Shown: positions 61,276 through 64,000 of the stretch, piece by piece
Layout of the letters: every line of letters starts with the position of its first letter
Numbering within the stretch: position 1 is the stretch's first letter
Source: Octopus vulgaris
Lineage: Eukaryota
Direction of reading: 5' to 3'
Assembly (NCBI GenBank): GCA_951406725.2
Contig: OX597822.1
Location: forward strand, 59,210,001-59,274,000
DNA: 64,000 nucleotides
The notes under the pieces: model-generated
What the model saw: only the letters and a program-made list of their open reading frames with translations
Databases searched by the model: none
What the model was told of the DNA's origin: nothing
Program-made: the position numbers and the translations under genes

Positions 61276-63341
61276 CTAAGGGTTCTCTTCCCATGTTCCT
61301 GGGTTCCTAATTCCTGGAAAATTCTATTCTCCGCGAATTCCAGGCCACGTTATTTAAAAAGTAATTAATTATCAATTGCAAGGCCGTCTTAAAGTGCTCG
61401 AGTAATTAAACAAGCTGTCATTAAACCATTTAAAAATCGTTCACAAAGACGTTTTCTGAGAAATTCGCTCAATTGAAATATACGAACTTCCCCCGAAAAG
61501 AGTCGACGACCTTTACGTTAAAAAAAAAAAAACTGGAACTCTTGAAGATATAGTATCTTAATTAGTTGAATGCAATAAAGGTTTACTTTTTTTATTTTTA
61601 ATCAAGGAATGGTTTTTCCTTTAATGTAGGTGATTCAACATCAGTTTGTTTAGAAAATAACTGACGTTATCGAAATAACTAATGAAAAGTGAAAGTGAAA
61701 AATTTAGTATTTCTTTAGATTAGATGAATCATTTTTGCATACTCGTAGATATTTGAGCGCAAATGTTCTCTAATGCAGTAAATTCTGGAACTGCGGTATT
61801 ATTAAAATTTATGAAAGATTTTCTACCTAATAAATTATCAAACTTTTTAAAATAAAATTTCTGAATCCGACCTTAATTTGGAAAAAATATAGTTGCCATA
61901 AAAGATGATAGGGTCAGTGTTACATTTAAATTTGGTTAGGATATTAGCTTCAATTGTCAATTGTGATGCGCCCATGGTCTTTATTTAGTTGTTTGTGGTG
62001 TTCTTTCTTCTCAAGAAACCTTATTTGTGACGAAGCTAGTTTAACTGTTGACTCTTGCAACAATGACAGTCAGTTTGAAGCTACATTTGAAGACGATAAT
62101 TGAAATACAGATTCTGCAGGTATGACTATGATTAGGGCCAGTTTTAAACCAATTAGACAGATTTGTTGAAATTGGGCCTCCCATCAAGAAAGGGCCCCGT
62201 GCACAGCTCGACTTGTAACAAAAACATTAAAACTTCCATGTGCTTTCAAATTTTAGTATAATATTGTGGCTAATGGTGGAACTCCAAACCCTCAACGCAT
62301 TTTGACTGCGATTGGGCGTACTATACAAAGCATAAAACATCAATCTACAGCTTTTGCAGAGTGTAGGGCTCTATTAACAGTTCTCTAATTGGGCCCCGCA
62401 TTTCCTAGCGTTTCCTATTTCCTATTTCGCATTTCCTATTGTTCATAATTATGATGACCTGCAACAAACCGAATTTAATAAAATAAGCTCCTGAAGCAGA
62501 AGAACCTTCTACTGAATAAAATTTAAGCGTTGGCAACGTCATTTAAACAGCGAGAACAATTATTAGGTCAGTAGGAGGTATCAAAAACAAAAATAGGAAA
62601 TTCTTAAGAAGTCCGTTTAAGAGAGGCACGCTCATACATTTACAATAAACAAATGATACCTAGACAAGATGAAATAGGCTATTTGCAATGTAAGAACGAT
62701 ATTTGCTCCTTAAAAGCTGTAATGTAAGTGTTATGATTGATACGAAAGCGACTTCTCGTTTTTCAGACAATGAATTTAATGCTATTGGAGCGAAGTAAAG
62801 CTGAAGTTGAAAACTAATTCAATGGGATACAACTTTGATCTCTTACTAAGCTTTATTTGTATTTACTCAAGAGAAAAATGAATCAAGAAACTACTTAAAC
62901 AAACCAACACCGGTTGTCAAGCAGTAATAAACAAACTCAAACTAAAAGACGCGCGCGCGAAGACGCACATATGTGGGTAATGATGATAAGGTCGAATGCG
63001 AGGTCGAATTTCACATGACCGAAAAGTGAGAATAACGAATGCCATAATGTCGAAAGATCAAAACCCAGAATTTTGAAAGGCCATCTTAGATTACGAATTT
63101 GAATACGATCTACTCATCCTGACAATTTGCGTTCACACACATTAGGCTGCTCAGTGGTCTTCCAGGCACCATACAACCTGGATCTGGTAAACTACAGTTC
63201 TTCGGCGACAACGATTTGATAACATAGGTGAGGCGAAAATGACGTTGATGAATACGAAGACGTGGGTGTAGAACTGAATTTTGCTTTGTATAGAGGATTC
63301 GTGAGACGGAGTCATTAATGGCACAAATGCATAGCTTAATA

Positions 63342-63523
63342 CAATGCTCCGCAACCGGTATGTCGCGGCACGCTGGTGTGCCATGAGCCGATGCTAGGTG
63401 TGCCGCAATGAATATAATTCTTCCCATATACTTTTAGTTATATTTTTAGTTCAGGTGTACCGCCAAATTTTGAAAAGAATATTAGTGTATCGCAAGTGAA
63501 AAAAGGTAGTGGAGAACTTACTG
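63342..63523. mobile_element. hAT (Charlie-type) MITE
   Basis: CAATGCTCCGCAACC...AAAAAGGT..GGAGAAC.TACTG ends, internal GTGTGCC repeats, and an 8-bp TSD GCTTAATA/GCTTAATG. Confidence 0.7.
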
Positions 63524-64000
63524 GCTTAATGGACGAGATAATATTGAGTAGTATCTGTTTATAGAGAAGAGTAACTTTACCAACATACAGTATGTACAAT
63601 GTAAACAACCTATGCCATTTAAATAGTTATGCCAACTTTTGCGTAACTTTCAATACGACTCGTGTATGTGTGAAAAAGACGAGTAGATTTCCCACGGGAG
63701 ATGAATCATGCATCAGCCTTATACCGGAAAAGGGATTCTGAACAAATTAATCTGTCAAATTAGCACCTATAAACGTTTTACTAAATAAGCTGTGTGAGAC
63801 AGTAAAGCTATCATGCAGCTTTAGTGGAAACGGAACGAAGCGCTGGCTCTAAACCTGACTGAAGAAGCATGCCTCTAATAAACGTGTTTTGGGAGTTCAT
63901 AGCTGCTAGATTTGTTTTAGAAACGAACTAGAAATATTTTCTCACGTAATATTAATTAAATTATTCAAATCTCAGCGTGGTACATAATTTATATCATTAA

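Noticed and set aside
62130-62410. GGGCC-rich possible hAT MITE (and GTCGAA-repeat segment at ~62985-63070)
   Set aside because: No convincing TIR pair or TSD could be identified.

Overview
Eukaryotic DNA, probably octopus/cephalopod; this is inferred from the SINE families and the density of (TA)n/(CA)n repeats. A 100-N gap at 43346-43445 splits the window in two. Left (1-43345): a head-to-tail tandem array of at least 9 near-identical ~5.28-kb L1/Tx1-clade non-LTR retrotransposons, all on the + strand. Seven units are complete and the two terminal units are cut by the window edge and the gap. Each unit has an ORF1 (~474 aa, CCHC zinc knuckle) and an ORF2 (1129 aa: APE endonuclease, RT with YADD, C-terminal Cys/His motif). 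The complete units are full length, with an essentially invariant junction and no poly(A) tail or spacer. The only ORF lesions seen are 1-bp run-length indels, which are probably sequencing errors. One unit (4540-9813) belongs to a diverged subfamily but has the same junctions, which hints at self-targeted, site-specific array growth. Right (43446-64000): AT-rich repeat debris with no host gene recognised. It contains tRNA-derived SINEs, Penelope-like RT/GIY-YIG and terminal-repeat remnants carrying hammerhead-like motifs, hAT, Tc1 and MITE remnants, a decayed CR1/L2-like LINE, and micro/minisatellites.
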